From: Planctomycetota bacterium
GTDB taxonomy: Bacteria > Planctomycetota > B15-G4
NCBI GenBank assembly: GCA_965248575.1
Contig: CBDFJQ010000002.1
Coordinates: 3,520,001-3,584,000, forward strand
Direction: 5' to 3'
DNA length: 64,000 nt
Shown: piece after piece, positions 8,206 to 21,700 of the stretch
Layout of the letters: each line of letters starts with the position of its first letter
Position numbering within the stretch: position 1 is the first letter of the stretch
Notes under the pieces: model-generated
Told to the model about the DNA's origin: nothing
Database searches by the model: none
What the model saw: the letters and a program-made list of their open reading frames with translations, nothing else
Program-made: the position numbers and the translations under genes

Positions 8206-11061
8206 GTGATGGTGTCCCAGAGTGACCCCGAAAAGAAGAGCCTGCTGGCCAAGCTGACCGCGCCCAAGATGTTGGGTGGGGCCGTCGCCTTTCTGGGCGG
8301 CATCGTGCTGATCAGCTGGTACCTCTACACCCTTGAGCTGGTCACCCTGCCCACCAACTGGGTGCCCATGCAATACAACACGGCCATCGGTTTCGTGCTG
8401 ACCGGCTTGGCGGTGGTGGCGCACTGCGTGGGCCGGCGTCGAACGGCTTTGACGTTTGGCGCACTGGCTGCAGGATTGGGAAGCGTGGCTCTGGCGGAAC
8501 AGGCGTTGGGTCGCCAGCTGGATCTCATCTCGCTCTTCCTGGGGCGCAAGGCTGCGGGCTCGCCCGCACCGGCGATGGCCCCCAACACGGCGCTCTGCTT
8601 CTCCATCGCGGGCGGTCTGGTGCTCGTCGCGAGCATCAAAGGCACCTCCGAGAAGTGGCGCAAGCTGACCATGGGCGTCATGGCCTCCCTGCTGGCGGCG
8701 GCCGGTTTCGTGGGCCTGATCAGCTTCATCCTGAACAACGACATGGCTCAGGGCTGGGCGCGCTTCACCCGGATGGACGTGCACACCGGGCTCGCGTTCG
8801 TCGGCCTGGGCGTGGCCTTCTTCGGCATCGTGGGCCACTTCGGAACGCGTTCCCTGGATCGCCGGCTTCCGCCCTGGGCGGCGTGGGCTGCCGGAGGCGG
8901 CGTGGGCCTGCTGATCCTCGGAATCTGGGTCGGCCTGTCGTCGAGCGAAGAGCGTCTGCGCGTGGTGGCGATGACGCGCACCCATGAAAGCGCCATCAGC
9001 CGGGCGAACCACGCTTTCCAGGGCCACATCCAAGACCTGCGCAAGGTGGGCACGCTCTTCCTGGACCCGACCTCACGGAACGGCGAGCAGGTGCATCAAG
9101 ACGTCGAACTGATCTCCTCCGACCTGGAAGGGCTGGTGGGGCTGAGCGTCGTGGATGGGCTGGGACAGACGATCTTCGTGCGCGACGGAACGAAGCCGCA
9201 GGACGGTCTCGTGCGCGATCTTGCCGCCGACCCCGTCGTGGAACGGCTCATGCAGCTCAGCCGCCGGACAGGGCTGCCCTCAGCGAGCGATCCTGCGGAC
9301 GAGGCGGGCCGCTCGGGGACCTTCTTCCTGTGTCTCCCCCTGCATCAGGGCGAGCAGTGGGTCGGGCATCTCGTCGCTGAGCACGATGCACAGACCTACT
9401 TCGACGGCATCTTTGCGGACGGTGTCGGGCAGTCGCTCGACATCGCCCTCAGTACCGAGACGGGTGGCGTGTTCTACCGCGCCAACGGAGCTCTCGCGCA
9501 GGCCACTCTCGACGAAACGAGCCTGGCTGATGCGAGCGCCTTCACGGGCCGCCTGGCCTTTGGCGACCGTGTCTGGTTGTTGAACGCCGAACTGGACCCC
9601 TTCCTCATGGCGGGCAAGCGCAGCGCTAGCAACACCCTCATTCTCTGGGTGGGCATCTTCCTTGCTGCTGCCATTGCGTTCGCGGTGCGAAAATCCGAAC
9701 TGCTTGGAGAGCGCGCGGCGTCCCTCGAGGAAGCCAACCGCACCATCGAGGAACGCTCTGAGTCCCTGAGGAACGCCAACGAGTCCCTCGAGCAGCAAAC
9801 GTCGAGCTTGCGTGCCACGGAGGAGCGATCGCGGCGCACGGCGCGTGAGAAACGTCGCGTGCTCGACTCCTTGTCAGCATTCCTCGTGGGTGTCGATGAA
9901 GAAGGTGTCGTCACGGAGTGGAACGTCGTCTCCAGCGAGCTGTTCGGGTTGCGCAGCAGCGAGACGCTCGGCCGCAAGTTCGAGACCATCAACCTGGCTT
10001 GGGACAGTGAGGCCATCCAGAAGGCCGTGCTCGTGTGCACGACGACCGGCGACCGTGTTCGTTGTGATGAGGTCAGCGTCGACATGGGCGCCCATGTGGA
10101 GCCGCGAGTGGTGAGCTTCACCGTGAATCCGACCCAAGAGGGCAAGGGCTTCTCCATCATCGGCGCAGATGTCACCGAGCGGCGGATGCTCGAGATGCAG
10201 CTGCACCACTCACAGAAGCTGGAGTCGGTGGGCACCCTGGCAGCTGGCATCGCGCACGAGATCAACACGCCCATGCAGTTCGTGAGTGACAACGTGCGCT
10301 TCCTCTCCCAGTCGGTGAACCCGATCATCGGTGTGTTGCAGTTGGTGCCGGGGCTCATCGAAGAGGCACGGAAGGGCGAGCCTGACCAAGGCTTGCTGGA
10401 CCTCATCGAGCAGATGCTGGGGGACGTGGACATCGACTTCGTGGCAGATGAGATGCCCATGGCCATCGACGAAACGCTCGAGGGCGTCCAGCGCGTGACG
10501 ACCATCGTGCGCGCGATGAAGGACTTTTCGCATCCGGGCAGCGAAGGTGTTGCTGCAGCCGACATCAACGAGGCCATCGAGACGACCTTGGCGGTCGCGC
10601 GGAATGAGTACAAGTACTACGCAAACGTCGAGACGGACTTCGCTGATCTGGGCCCGGTCGAGTGCTGGGTGGCGGACCTCAACCAGGTCTTCTTGAACCT
10701 GCTCGTGAACGGCACGCACGCCATTCGCGAGAAGATTGGCGACAACAGCAGCGAGCTGGGCTCGATTCGGGTGTCCACTCGGGCCGACGGCGACATGGTG
10801 GAGATCCGCTTTGCGGATTCGGGCTCAGGCATTCCAGAAGCGGTTCGCTCGAAGATCTTCGACCAGTTCTTCACCACCAAGGAGGTGGGACGAGGCACCG
10901 GTCTGGGGCTCGCCATCGCGCATTCGGTAGTGGCCGACAAGCACTGCGGAACGTTGAGTTTCGAAACGGCCGTGAACGAAGGCACGACCTTCATCATCCG
11001 CATCCCGTTCAAGCAACAGGGTGCGCCCGAGGAGCATCATGAAGCGCATTCTCTTTGTTGA
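8206..11061 (+). CDS. Multi-TM sensor histidine kinase with extracytoplasmic domain, coiled coil and PAS domain
   Basis: About 8 TM helices. H-box AAGIAHEINTP, N-box QVFLNLLVNG, DSGSGI, FFTTKEVGRGTGLGL. Start GTG 8206 or ATG 8209. Confidence 0.93.
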   Translation: MMVSQSDPEKKSLLAKLTAPKMLGGAVAFLGGIVLISWYLYTLELVTLPTNWVPMQYNTAIGFVLTGLAVVAHCVGRRRTALTFGALAAGLGSVALAEQALGRQLDLISLFLGRKAAGSPAPAMAPNTALCFSIAGGLVLVASIKGTSEKWRKLTMGVMASLLAAAGFVGLISFILNNDMAQGWARFTRMDVHTGLAFVGLGVAFFGIVGHFGTRSLDRRLPPWAAWAAGGGVGLLILGIWVGLSSSEERLRVVAMTRTHESAISRANHAFQGHIQDLRKVGTLFLDPTSRNGEQVHQDVELISSDLEGLVGLSVVDGLGQTIFVRDGTKPQDGLVRDLAADPVVERLMQLSRRTGLPSASDPADEAGRSGTFFLCLPLHQGEQWVGHLVAEHDAQTYFDGIFADGVGQSLDIALSTETGGVFYRANGALAQATLDETSLADASAFTGRLAFGDRVWLLNAELDPFLMAGKRSASNTLILWVGIFLAAAIAFAVRKSELLGERAASLEEANRTIEERSESLRNANESLEQQTSSLRATEERSRRTAREKRRVLDSLSAFLVGVDEEGVVTEWNVVSSELFGLRSSETLGRKFETINLAWDSEAIQKAVLVCTTTGDRVRCDEVSVDMGAHVEPRVVSFTVNPTQEGKGFSIIGADVTERRMLEMQLHHSQKLESVGTLAAGIAHEINTPMQFVSDNVRFLSQSVNPIIGVLQLVPGLIEEARKGEPDQGLLDLIEQMLGDVDIDFVADEMPMAIDETLEGVQRVTTIVRAMKDFSHPGSEGVAAADINEAIETTLAVARNEYKYYANVETDFADLGPVECWVADLNQVFLNLLVNGTHAIREKIGDNSSELGSIRVSTRADGDMVEIRFADSGSGIPEAVRSKIFDQFFTTKEVGRGTGLGLAIAHSVVADKHCGTLSFETAVNEGTTFIIRIPFKQQGAPEEHHEAHSLC

Positions 11062-12022
11062 CGACGAGCGGCATGTCCTGAGCGGGCTGCGTAGGCAGCT
11101 TCACGGGCTACGCGGTGAGTGGGAGATGACGTTTGCGCCAGGTGGGCCGGATGCCGGGGCCCTCATTGAGGGGCAGCAGTTCGATCTGGTGGTGACGGAC
11201 ATGCAGATGCCCATCCTCGACGGCGCGCAGCTGCTCGAACATGTGGCTGACGTCCAGGAGCGTTGCGCGCGCCTCGTGCTCTCCGGGCATGCCGACCCCG
11301 ACCGCCTCTTGCTGGCCGCAACCTGTGCCCATCGCTATCTCGACAAGCCCTGCCCGCCTGACTTGCTGCAGTTGGAGATTCGGCAGGCCCTTTCGGTGCG
11401 TGAAACTCTCGATGAACTCCAGGACCCCGGCCTGGAACAGTTGTGGTGTCGCAAGCCTTCCGGCGATGCAGCCCTTGACCGCGTGACGAGCGCGCTTTCC
11501 TGCGAGCCTTCGGTCAAGCTGGAGCAAGTGCAGAGGGTGCTCACCCAGGATGAAGACATCTGGGAGCTGGTCAGCAGCATGCTGAGCCTCGATGGAGCGG
11601 TGGACGGTCCCGAGCACGCAGCGCAAGCGCATGGCTCGTCGACCCTTCTGTCAGTCGTGCGGGTAGCCCGCGTGGCCAAGACCTTGGCGCCCTCACTCAC
11701 CGAGAACTCCTCACGCAGCTGGGAGTTCGCGTCCCAGGTCCTGCGGCTCGCGCGGGAGCAGAACCATCCAGAAGACGTGGTCACGGATGCGTTTGTCGCC
11801 GGCCTCCTTGATGTTGCGCTCACGCGAGACAAGGACGAGCTCTGGTTGGATGTGCTCGCCTACCTGCTGCCGACGTGCGGCTTCCCCGATTCGGTGGTGA
11901 AGGCCGTGACCTCGGGAGACCGCGAGAAACAGCCATCAGGGGCGGCCCAGAGCGTGGCCGGAATCCTCGCAGCGGCACGTTCAGCAACGAATCCCGTGAG
12001 CCGCGGGGCGGGCTCGTTGTGA
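11039..12022 (+). CDS. Response regulator: receiver plus degenerate HDOD-like domain
   Basis: ILFVDDE, VVTDMQMP, LSG, YLDKP; C-terminal DAFVAGLLDV resembles HDOD AFxAGLLHD. Confidence 0.8.
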   Translation: MKRILFVDDERHVLSGLRRQLHGLRGEWEMTFAPGGPDAGALIEGQQFDLVVTDMQMPILDGAQLLEHVADVQERCARLVLSGHADPDRLLLAATCAHRYLDKPCPPDLLQLEIRQALSVRETLDELQDPGLEQLWCRKPSGDAALDRVTSALSCEPSVKLEQVQRVLTQDEDIWELVSSMLSLDGAVDGPEHAAQAHGSSTLLSVVRVARVAKTLAPSLTENSSRSWEFASQVLRLAREQNHPEDVVTDAFVAGLLDVALTRDKDELWLDVLAYLLPTCGFPDSVVKAVTSGDREKQPSGAAQSVAGILAAARSATNPVSRGAGSL

Positions 12023-12170
12023 CTGTGCATTGTCAGCTAGGTGAACGGCGTGTGTGCGCCGGAGTCGCCGACTGAAGGAGAATTCTGTTCTGTCATAGGT
12101 CGTGACGCGAAGATGCCGATAGCGGTGAACGAAAATGGTCGCTGCGTCGGCTGCTCCAAGGAGGATCGCC

Positions 12171-12808
12171 ATGGAATACAGACTGCTCATCGTCGATGAC
12201 GAGCCGAACATCTACCAGGCTTTGCGTCGTTCATTGCGTCGCGAGCCCGAGTGGAAGACGATCTATGCAAACGGTGCAGACGAGGCACTGAAGCTTCTCG
12301 AAAGCGAGCAGGTCGACGTGATCATCGCCGACGAGAACATGCCTGGCATGAACGGGTCTGCGCTGCTGAGCGTGGTGCGGCGCAAGTGGCCGGATGTCAT
12401 CCGCATGATGCTCACCGGCGACCCGCGCGTCGACGTCGTGATGAACGCCGTGAGCACCGGCGAGATCTATCGCTTCTTCACGAAGCCCTGCAACGAATCC
12501 GAACTCATCCACTCCATCCGCGAAGCGCTGCAGATGAAGTCGCTGAAGGAAGGCAGTCGCGAGCTGCTCGAAACGGTGAAGCGTCAGTCGGCCCAGATCC
12601 GTGACATGGAGAACACCGAAAGCCCTGCCGATGTCCTGGCGGAAGGGCCCGAGAGCGGAGTCGTGCCGTCCGATCTTCCACGGCGTCCCACACTCAATCT
12701 CGCTGACGTGGCAGGGGTCGAGCCGGTTCCCCCGGCAGGGCTCGACCTCGACGAGAACGAGAACGTGGATTCCCTGCTGGAGGACATCCGCAAGGAACTC
12801 GACAGCCT

Positions 12809-12812
<4 letters not shown>
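12171..12812 (+). CDS. Response regulator receiver protein with acidic C-terminal extension
   Basis: [37 protein letters not shown] before ATG 12171. Confidence 0.88.
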
Positions 12813-16090
<3,278 letters not shown>

Positions 16091-16244
16091 GGGCGGGGCT
16101 CAGTTCAGGGGTGTGGCCACCGGGTGCTGGACCCAGCTCGGTCAGAGCCCAGGTCCCAGTTCTGCTCCAGGTGGCTGCATCAGACAGGGGGCAGCAAATT
16201 GCGGCCAGGATATCTGATACGCGCGGTGCGCGCTCGCGAGCTTC

Positions 16245-17138
16245 CTAGGAAGCCCGCCAGGCCTGGAGGGCCCGCCCGAAGCGATCCGCCACGTCGGTGG
16301 GCAGCAGTGATTCCAGGCCCAGCTCCTGGGCTGCGAGATCCCCTGCCCGGGCATGCAGGTGGACGGCGAGGGCGGCGGCAGAGGCTGGCGTCGGCAGCAC
16401 AGCCAGCAGCGCGCCGAGGATCCCGCTGAGCACATCCCCCATGCCCCCCGTGGCCATACCCGGATTGCCTGCGGTTTCCACCCGCAAGGCTGTTCCATTG
16501 GTGACCACGGTGCCCGCCCCCTTCAGGACCACCACGCACCCGAGCTGCCGTGCCAGCTGGCCGGCTAGCTCCTGGCGCTGGGGCTCTGGAGGGAGGGGGC
16601 CGCCGCTCAGGCGAGCGAACTCCCCAGGATGGGGCGTCAGGACCGTGGGCCCCGGGCGGGTGCTGAGGATCCTCGCCGCAGGCAGGTCGTCGGCCCCGGT
16701 TTGTGGCCCGCTTCCCTGGGCGATGAGGTTCAGCCCATCGGCGTCGAGCACGACGGGCGCCTGGATGCCCGCCAGCAAGGTGTGCACGAAGGCCGCCGTG
16801 GAGTCGGCCGTTCCCAGCCCTGGGCCGATCACGACAGCGTCGGCCCGGCCGGCCTCCGTGAGCACCGGCCCTGCCGCCCCGGCGTGGAAGCCACCGCCCG
16901 CTTCGGCCTGGCCTTCGTGCAACACGGCGAAGGGTGCCGCGGGGACGAGCAGCTCAGCGATGCCCTGGGGCACGGCGACCTGCACCAGGCCAGCGCCGGC
17001 GCGCCCCGCACCTCGGGCAGCCAGGATGGCGGCCCCGGGATAGCGGGCCGAGCCCGCGACGATCAGGACTCGCCCGCAGCTCCCCTTGTGACTGTCCGCG
17101 GCGCGCGGGGGGAAGTCAGGAAGCGGCAGCGGTTCCAT
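16245..17138 (-). CDS. nnrD: ADP-dependent NAD(P)H-hydrate dehydratase (stand-alone YjeF C-terminal domain)
   Basis: SHKGSCGRVL, GPGLG, LDADGL, LTPHPGEF, VLKGAGT, MATGGMGDVLSG. Start moved to ATG 17138. Confidence 0.92.
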   Translation of the reverse strand: MEPLPLPDFPPRAADSHKGSCGRVLIVAGSARYPGAAILAARGAGRAGAGLVQVAVPQGIAELLVPAAPFAVLHEGQAEAGGGFHAGAAGPVLTEAGRADAVVIGPGLGTADSTAAFVHTLLAGIQAPVVLDADGLNLIAQGSGPQTGADDLPAARILSTRPGPTVLTPHPGEFARLSGGPLPPEPQRQELAGQLARQLGCVVVLKGAGTVVTNGTALRVETAGNPGMATGGMGDVLSGILGALLAVLPTPASAAALAVHLHARAGDLAAQELGLESLLPTDVADRFGRALQAWRAS

Positions 17139-17217
17139 GGTCTCGGGCCTCCGAGAGATGACTGGGAGTGGGCATGTGGGGACGAGCACCCTCCACGCTA
17201 TACTCACGGAGATGGGC

Positions 17218-17640
17218 ATGAAACGGGTCGAACTCTGCCGAATCATCCGCTCGGACAAGTCGCCCGAGTGTCACATGTATCTTCGCGAGTGCGAGGGCGG
17301 TCGGGTGTTCCCCATCATCATCCACCAGACGGAGATGGCCGAGATCTATCGCAAGGTGCACTCCGTGCCCATGCGGCGGCCCATGACCCATGACCTCTTC
17401 GCCTCCCTGATCGAGGCGGCCGGGTTGAACCTCGTCAGCGTCGAGGTGACCGAGCTGAAGAACGAGGTCTTCTACGCCCGCATGAATTTCGAGGCTCCCG
17501 ACGGCAGCACGTACTCCCTCGACGCCCGGCCCTCGGACGCCGTGGCCATTGCTACAGGTGTGCGCAGCCCGCTCTTCGCATCCGGAAAGATCCTGGACGA
17601 GATCGGCGTGGTTGAGCCCGAGCAGGAGTCGAGTGAGTAG
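17218..17640 (+). CDS. Bifunctional nuclease family protein (DUF151)
   Basis: RRPMTHDLF, VFYA, DARPSDAVAIA; SD GGAG and a -10-like TATACT at 17199-17204. Confidence 0.88.
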   Translation: MKRVELCRIIRSDKSPECHMYLRECEGGRVFPIIIHQTEMAEIYRKVHSVPMRRPMTHDLFASLIEAAGLNLVSVEVTELKNEVFYARMNFEAPDGSTYSLDARPSDAVAIATGVRSPLFASGKILDEIGVVEPEQESSE

Positions 17641-17657
17641 GCTGGCAGGCATTCGAC

Positions 17658-17745
17658 GGAGGGGTGGCAGAGTGGTTGATCGCGACGGTCTTGAAAACCG
17701 TTGGCCTGCAAAGGCTCGTGGGTTCGAATCCCACCCCCTCCGCCA
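17658..17745 (+). tRNA. tRNA-Ser (anticodon TGA)
   Basis: GGAGGGG/CCCCTCC acceptor stem with GCCA end, anticodon arm ACGGT-CTTGAAA-ACCGT, long variable arm, GGTTCGAATCC. Confidence 0.96.
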
Positions 17746-17881
17746 TTCCTGGGCGGATGCCCGGCTCGCCACGCTGCCAACCACCGAGTTGAGCGCCCCG
17801 GCGCTTGCCGTCATGGCCCACCCTGCCGGGGACCGAGGCAGCGTCAGGGAGAATTGGATCCACTTCCGCCCATCGATGTCG

Positions 17882-17911
17882 TTGACAAGACACCGGGCGC
17901 ACAGGAAGAAT
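17882..17911 (+). promoter_or_regulatory. Sigma70-like promoter for tRNA-Ser(GCT)
   Basis: TTGACA, 18 nt spacer, AAGAAT, then a GC-rich discriminator, about 30 nt before the tRNA. Confidence 0.5.
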
Positions 17912-17943
17912 CCCTCCCCGCGGCCGGAACTCCGGCTGTGTGC

Positions 17944-18037
17944 GGATAGGTGGCAGAGTGGTCGATTGCGGCAGATTGCTAATCTGTTGACGGGGTTTTT
18001 TCCCCGTCCGAGGGTTCGAATCCCTCCCTGTCCGCCA
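17944..18037 (+). tRNA. tRNA-Ser (anticodon GCT)
   Basis: GGATAGG/CCTGTCC stem with GCCA end, anticodon arm GCAGA-TTGCTAA-TCTGT, variable arm GACGGGG...CCCCGTC, GGTTCGAATCC. Confidence 0.96.
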
Positions 18038-18043
18038 TTTTCA

Positions 18044-18478
18044 TTGGGTTCGCGGACACTGCTCCTGGCGGTCTTCTTGCTGGCGGTGAGCCCGGCCTGC
18101 GTGACGCGGAAGCTCTTCCTGCTCAGTGACCCACCGGGTGCCCAGGTCATCCTGGATGGCCAGTTGGTGGGGAGCACGCCTTACGAAACAGACTTTCTGT
18201 CCTACGGCGTGCGTCGGGTCGAGCTGCGCATGCCCGGCTTCCAGCGCAGCTTCACGGAGCTCGACATCTGGCGGCCCTGGTGGCAAGTGTTCCCCATGTC
18301 GCTGCTGACGGATGTGCTCTGGCCCTTCACCATCGAGGACGAGCGGCGCTTTCACATCGCGCTGGAGGTCTACGAGGACTTCGGGGGCCCCGAGGGCGCA
18401 GAGGCTGCGGCCCGGGCGGCCTACGAGAAGCTGAAAGCGATGCGCGAGGAGTCCACGCCCGACCCCAAGAGCCCGTGA
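18044..18478 (+). CDS. PEGA-domain lipoprotein
   Basis: Signal ending VSPAC, SDPPGAQVILDG...GSTP...LRMPGF, PWWQVFP. True start (TTG 18044?) lies downstream of the tRNAs. Confidence 0.75.
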   Translation: MGSRTLLLAVFLLAVSPACVTRKLFLLSDPPGAQVILDGQLVGSTPYETDFLSYGVRRVELRMPGFQRSFTELDIWRPWWQVFPMSLLTDVLWPFTIEDERRFHIALEVYEDFGGPEGAEAAARAAYEKLKAMREESTPDPKSP

Positions 18479-19932
18479 ATGTGCCGGGCAACGGCGTGGG
18501 CAGTGCGGGCGCCCTGGACTGCCGAGGGCGGCATGCGATCGTGCTGGGCCTGGGCCGCTTCGGCGGGGGGCTTGGTGTCTCGCGCTGGCTCCTGGGGCAG
18601 GGGGCGGAGGTCACCGTCACCGACCGCTTGCCCCGTGCCGAGCTGGCTGAGGCCGCCGACGAATTGGAATCCCTGGGTGCGCGACTCGCACTCGGCGGGC
18701 ATGAGGGCCTGGAACTCGCGGCCGCGGACATGCTGGTGGTGAACCCGGCCGTGCCCCTGCAAGCGCCCCTGGTGCAGGAGGCGCGGGCGCTGGGTGTCGC
18801 CCTCACGAGCGAGATCGCCCTGCTCATGGAGCGTTGGCCCGGGCCGATGCTCGGCGTCACCGGCAGCAACGGCAAGTCCACCACCGTCGGCATGGCTCAC
18901 GCGATTCTCGAAGCCGCAGGTCTGCCGGCCGTGCGGGGTGGGAATCTCGGCGGGTCGTTGCTGGGTCAGCTCGAGCTGGCGAACGAACAGACCGTGGCGG
19001 TGCTCGAGCTCTCCTCCTTCATGCTTGAGTTGCTGGGAGAGTTGAAGCTGGGCCCGCACGTTGCGGTGTTCACCAACCTGACCCCCAACCACCTCGACCG
19101 CCATGGCACGATGGAGGCCTACCGCGAGGCGAAGGCCGGCATCCTGGTGCGCGCCGAATCCTTGGTGCTGCCCGTGGGCGACTGCTGGCTCGAACCCTTC
19201 GGACTGGGGCTGCAGGACGGGCCCGCCGCAGCCCTGGCTGCCGTGCCCCCACCCCAGGTGCTCTGGTTCGGGGACGTGGGCGGCAGCCGGCAGCCCGACC
19301 TGGGGGTCGATGGGCAGGGCCATCTCGTGGATGGGCAGGGGCTCCAACTCATGGCCAGCGAGGATGTTCCCCTTCCCGGGCGAATGAATCGTTGGGATGC
19401 AGCGGCCGCCTGCCTCGCCGTCGGGGCGCTCCTGGGAGACCACGACCGGGCCCAGCGGGCCCTGGCAGCTGGGCTCCACGCCTACCAGCCAGCGCCTCAC
19501 CGCCTCCAGCAGGTGGCCCGGAAGGGTGGCGTGCTCTGGGTGGACGATTCGGTGTCCACGACCCCAGAGTCCACAGCGGCCTCTCTGGAGGCCGTAGGGG
19601 GGCCATGCCTGCTGATCGTGGGTGGGCGAGACAAGGGTCTCGACCCCGAAATCATGGTCCAGGCGGCCGTTGGCAGGGTGCGCCACGCCCTCACGATTGG
19701 AGAACTCGGCAGCTCCTTGGCGCTGAGGCTCAACCGAGAAGGTGTTGATGCCGAACAATTGGAAACCGTGGAAGCCGCCGTGGACCGCGCAGCAGCCCTT
19801 GCGAGGCCCGGAGACACGGTCTTGTTGTCGCCTGGATACTCATCTCATGACCAGTTCGTGCACTTCGAAGAAAGGGCCGCAGCGTTTTGCGCGGCCGTGC
19901 GCGCGTTGGGGGGCCCCAGGAGTCTGTCCTGA
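18475..19932 (+). CDS. murD: UDP-N-acetylmuramoyl-L-alanine--D-glutamate ligase
   Basis: GLGRFGGG, VTGSNGKSTT, GGNLG, ELSSF, NHLDRH, HRLQ, DDSVST, LLSPGYSSHDQF. GTGA overlap with the PEGA gene. Confidence 0.92.
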   Translation: MNVPGNGVGSAGALDCRGRHAIVLGLGRFGGGLGVSRWLLGQGAEVTVTDRLPRAELAEAADELESLGARLALGGHEGLELAAADMLVVNPAVPLQAPLVQEARALGVALTSEIALLMERWPGPMLGVTGSNGKSTTVGMAHAILEAAGLPAVRGGNLGGSLLGQLELANEQTVAVLELSSFMLELLGELKLGPHVAVFTNLTPNHLDRHGTMEAYREAKAGILVRAESLVLPVGDCWLEPFGLGLQDGPAAALAAVPPPQVLWFGDVGGSRQPDLGVDGQGHLVDGQGLQLMASEDVPLPGRMNRWDAAAACLAVGALLGDHDRAQRALAAGLHAYQPAPHRLQQVARKGGVLWVDDSVSTTPESTAASLEAVGGPCLLIVGGRDKGLDPEIMVQAAVGRVRHALTIGELGSSLALRLNREGVDAEQLETVEAAVDRAAALARPGDTVLLSPGYSSHDQFVHFEERAAAFCAAVRALGGPRSLS

Positions 19933-19990
19933 GGTTGGGCGGAGTGCTAAAAATAGGGGTTGGCTGCCCTTTGGAGGCCCACCCAGAGCC

Positions 19991-20521
19991 ATGTTCCACA
20001 CCTGTGATCGCTGTGACAGTCCGGCCAGTTTCCACCTGACCGACATCAAGGATGGCCAGAAGTCCGAGCGCCACCTCTGTGAGGAGTGCGCGAAGTCCCT
20101 CCAGGTGCCCCAGGCCAACAAGGAACTCCAGAACCTGCTGAAGAGCTTCGACCCCAACCAAGTCGGCCAGCAGGACCAGAAGGCCAGCAGCAAGAGCTGC
20201 CCCGAGTGCGGCATGACGTACGCGGAGTTCCGGCAGAACGGGCGCTTCGGCTGCCCCCGGGACTACGACGTCTTTGGTGCAGAGGTGATCGCGCTGCTGG
20301 AGCGCATTCACGGGGCCAGCAAGTACTCCGGCAAGACGCCTGAGGGCGGCCGCGTGCTGGACGGGGTGCTGCTGGATGCGGCCAGCGAGGTGCGCGACCA
20401 GCTGAGCACGGCCATCGAAGAAGAGGACTACGAGTTGGCGGCCCGACTGCGCGACGAGATTCGCAAGATCGCCGACGAGGGCTCATCGAGCCAGGCCGGC
20501 GGCGCTTCGGAGGCGCGCTGA
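19991..20521 (+). CDS. mcsA: McsA-like protein (CXXC motifs plus UVR domain)
   Basis: CDRC, HLCEECA, CPECG, RFGCPRDY, EEDYELAARLRDEI. Confidence 0.9.
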   Translation: MFHTCDRCDSPASFHLTDIKDGQKSERHLCEECAKSLQVPQANKELQNLLKSFDPNQVGQQDQKASSKSCPECGMTYAEFRQNGRFGCPRDYDVFGAEVIALLERIHGASKYSGKTPEGGRVLDGVLLDAASEVRDQLSTAIEEEDYELAARLRDEIRKIADEGSSSQAGGASEAR

Positions 20522-20523
20522 TC

Positions 20524-21645
20524 ATGGATGCGTCCGACGACCAACCCTCGTTGTTCCCCTCCGATCCCGACGGGGACAACGCCCTGAGCTTGCCCGAGCT
20601 GTGGCTCAAGAACACGGGCCCCGAAAGCGACGTGGTCATCTCCTCGCGCATGCGCCTGGCGCGCAACCTCGAGGGCTTCCATTTCAAGCCGCGCTTTGCC
20701 GACGGGGAATGCGAGCGATTGGAGGTGCATCTGCGGCAGGTGCTGCACGACATGCGGCCCGACTGTCGGTACCACCACATGCAGGCGCTGTCGTCGACCG
20801 AGCGCAAGGTGATGTTCGAGCGCCACCTCATCAGCCGCGAGCATGCGGCCGACGAGCACCCGCGCGGGGTCTGCTTCAGCGAGGACGGCACCACCAGCAT
20901 CATGGTCAACGAGGAAGACCACCTGCGGCTCCAGGTCTTCGCCCCCGGCCTGGACCTCCAGGCGCTCGACGCCTCCATCAACGAGATCGACGATCACCTT
21001 GCGAAGCGCGTGACCTACAGCTTCGACCCGCGCTTTGGCTACCGCACTTCCTGCCCAACGAACACCGGAACGGGCCTACGTGTCTCCGTGATGATGCACC
21101 TGCCCGCCCTGACCTTTCATTCAGGCGACGGTCGTGCGGCGCGGGGCGGTGAGCAGAACATCGTGAAGATGCAGAACTCGGCGCAGCAGCTCGGCTTGAC
21201 CGTGCGCGGCCTGTTCGGCGAGAGCAGCCGGGCCGAAGGCGAGTTCTATCAGATCAGCAACCAGGTCACGCTGGGGCGCACTCCGGAGGAAACCGTCAAG
21301 AGCGTCCAAAGCTTGGCGGACCACCTCATGGCCTGGGAGCGCCGCAACCGGGACTCCCACTTCAACGAGAACCGCCCCCGCATCGAGGATCACGTCTGGC
21401 GCGCCTGGGCGATCCTTACCCACGCCCGCCGCATGACTTCCAGCGAAGCCCTCTCCCACCTATCCGCCCTGCGCTTCGGTATTTGCGTCGGGGTCCTGGA
21501 CACCGTCGACCTTGCGGCTATCCAAAGCCTGATGGTCGGAATGCGCCCGGGCCACCTCCAGTACCAGGCCGGCATCGAACTCACTCCGGATCGGCGCGAC
21601 GAGCTCCGCGCCGAACTCATACGCGAGACGCTGCAGGCCAACTGA
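20524..21645 (+). CDS. mcsB: Protein arginine kinase (ATP:guanido phosphotransferase family)
   Basis: SSRMRLARN, ERHLIS, NEEDHLR, CPTNTGTGLR, YQISNQVTLG; lies between mcsA and clpC. Confidence 0.93.
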   Translation: MDASDDQPSLFPSDPDGDNALSLPELWLKNTGPESDVVISSRMRLARNLEGFHFKPRFADGECERLEVHLRQVLHDMRPDCRYHHMQALSSTERKVMFERHLISREHAADEHPRGVCFSEDGTTSIMVNEEDHLRLQVFAPGLDLQALDASINEIDDHLAKRVTYSFDPRFGYRTSCPTNTGTGLRVSVMMHLPALTFHSGDGRAARGGEQNIVKMQNSAQQLGLTVRGLFGESSRAEGEFYQISNQVTLGRTPEETVKSVQSLADHLMAWERRNRDSHFNENRPRIEDHVWRAWAILTHARRMTSSEALSHLSALRFGICVGVLDTVDLAAIQSLMVGMRPGHLQYQAGIELTPDRRDELRAELIRETLQAN

Positions 21646-21700
21646 GGCCACGGCGCTCGCACCCCCGTTCACTCCTCCTTCCCCAGACACCCGAAGAACC

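Noticed and set aside
17658..18037. tRNA-Ser genes as an island integration site
   Set aside because: No integrase and no duplicated tRNA 3' end seen in the window.
17549..18043. Long 5' extension of ORF 17549..18478 and antisense ORF 17116..18177
   Set aside because: They run through two clear tRNA genes; only the PEGA part from about 18044 looks coding.
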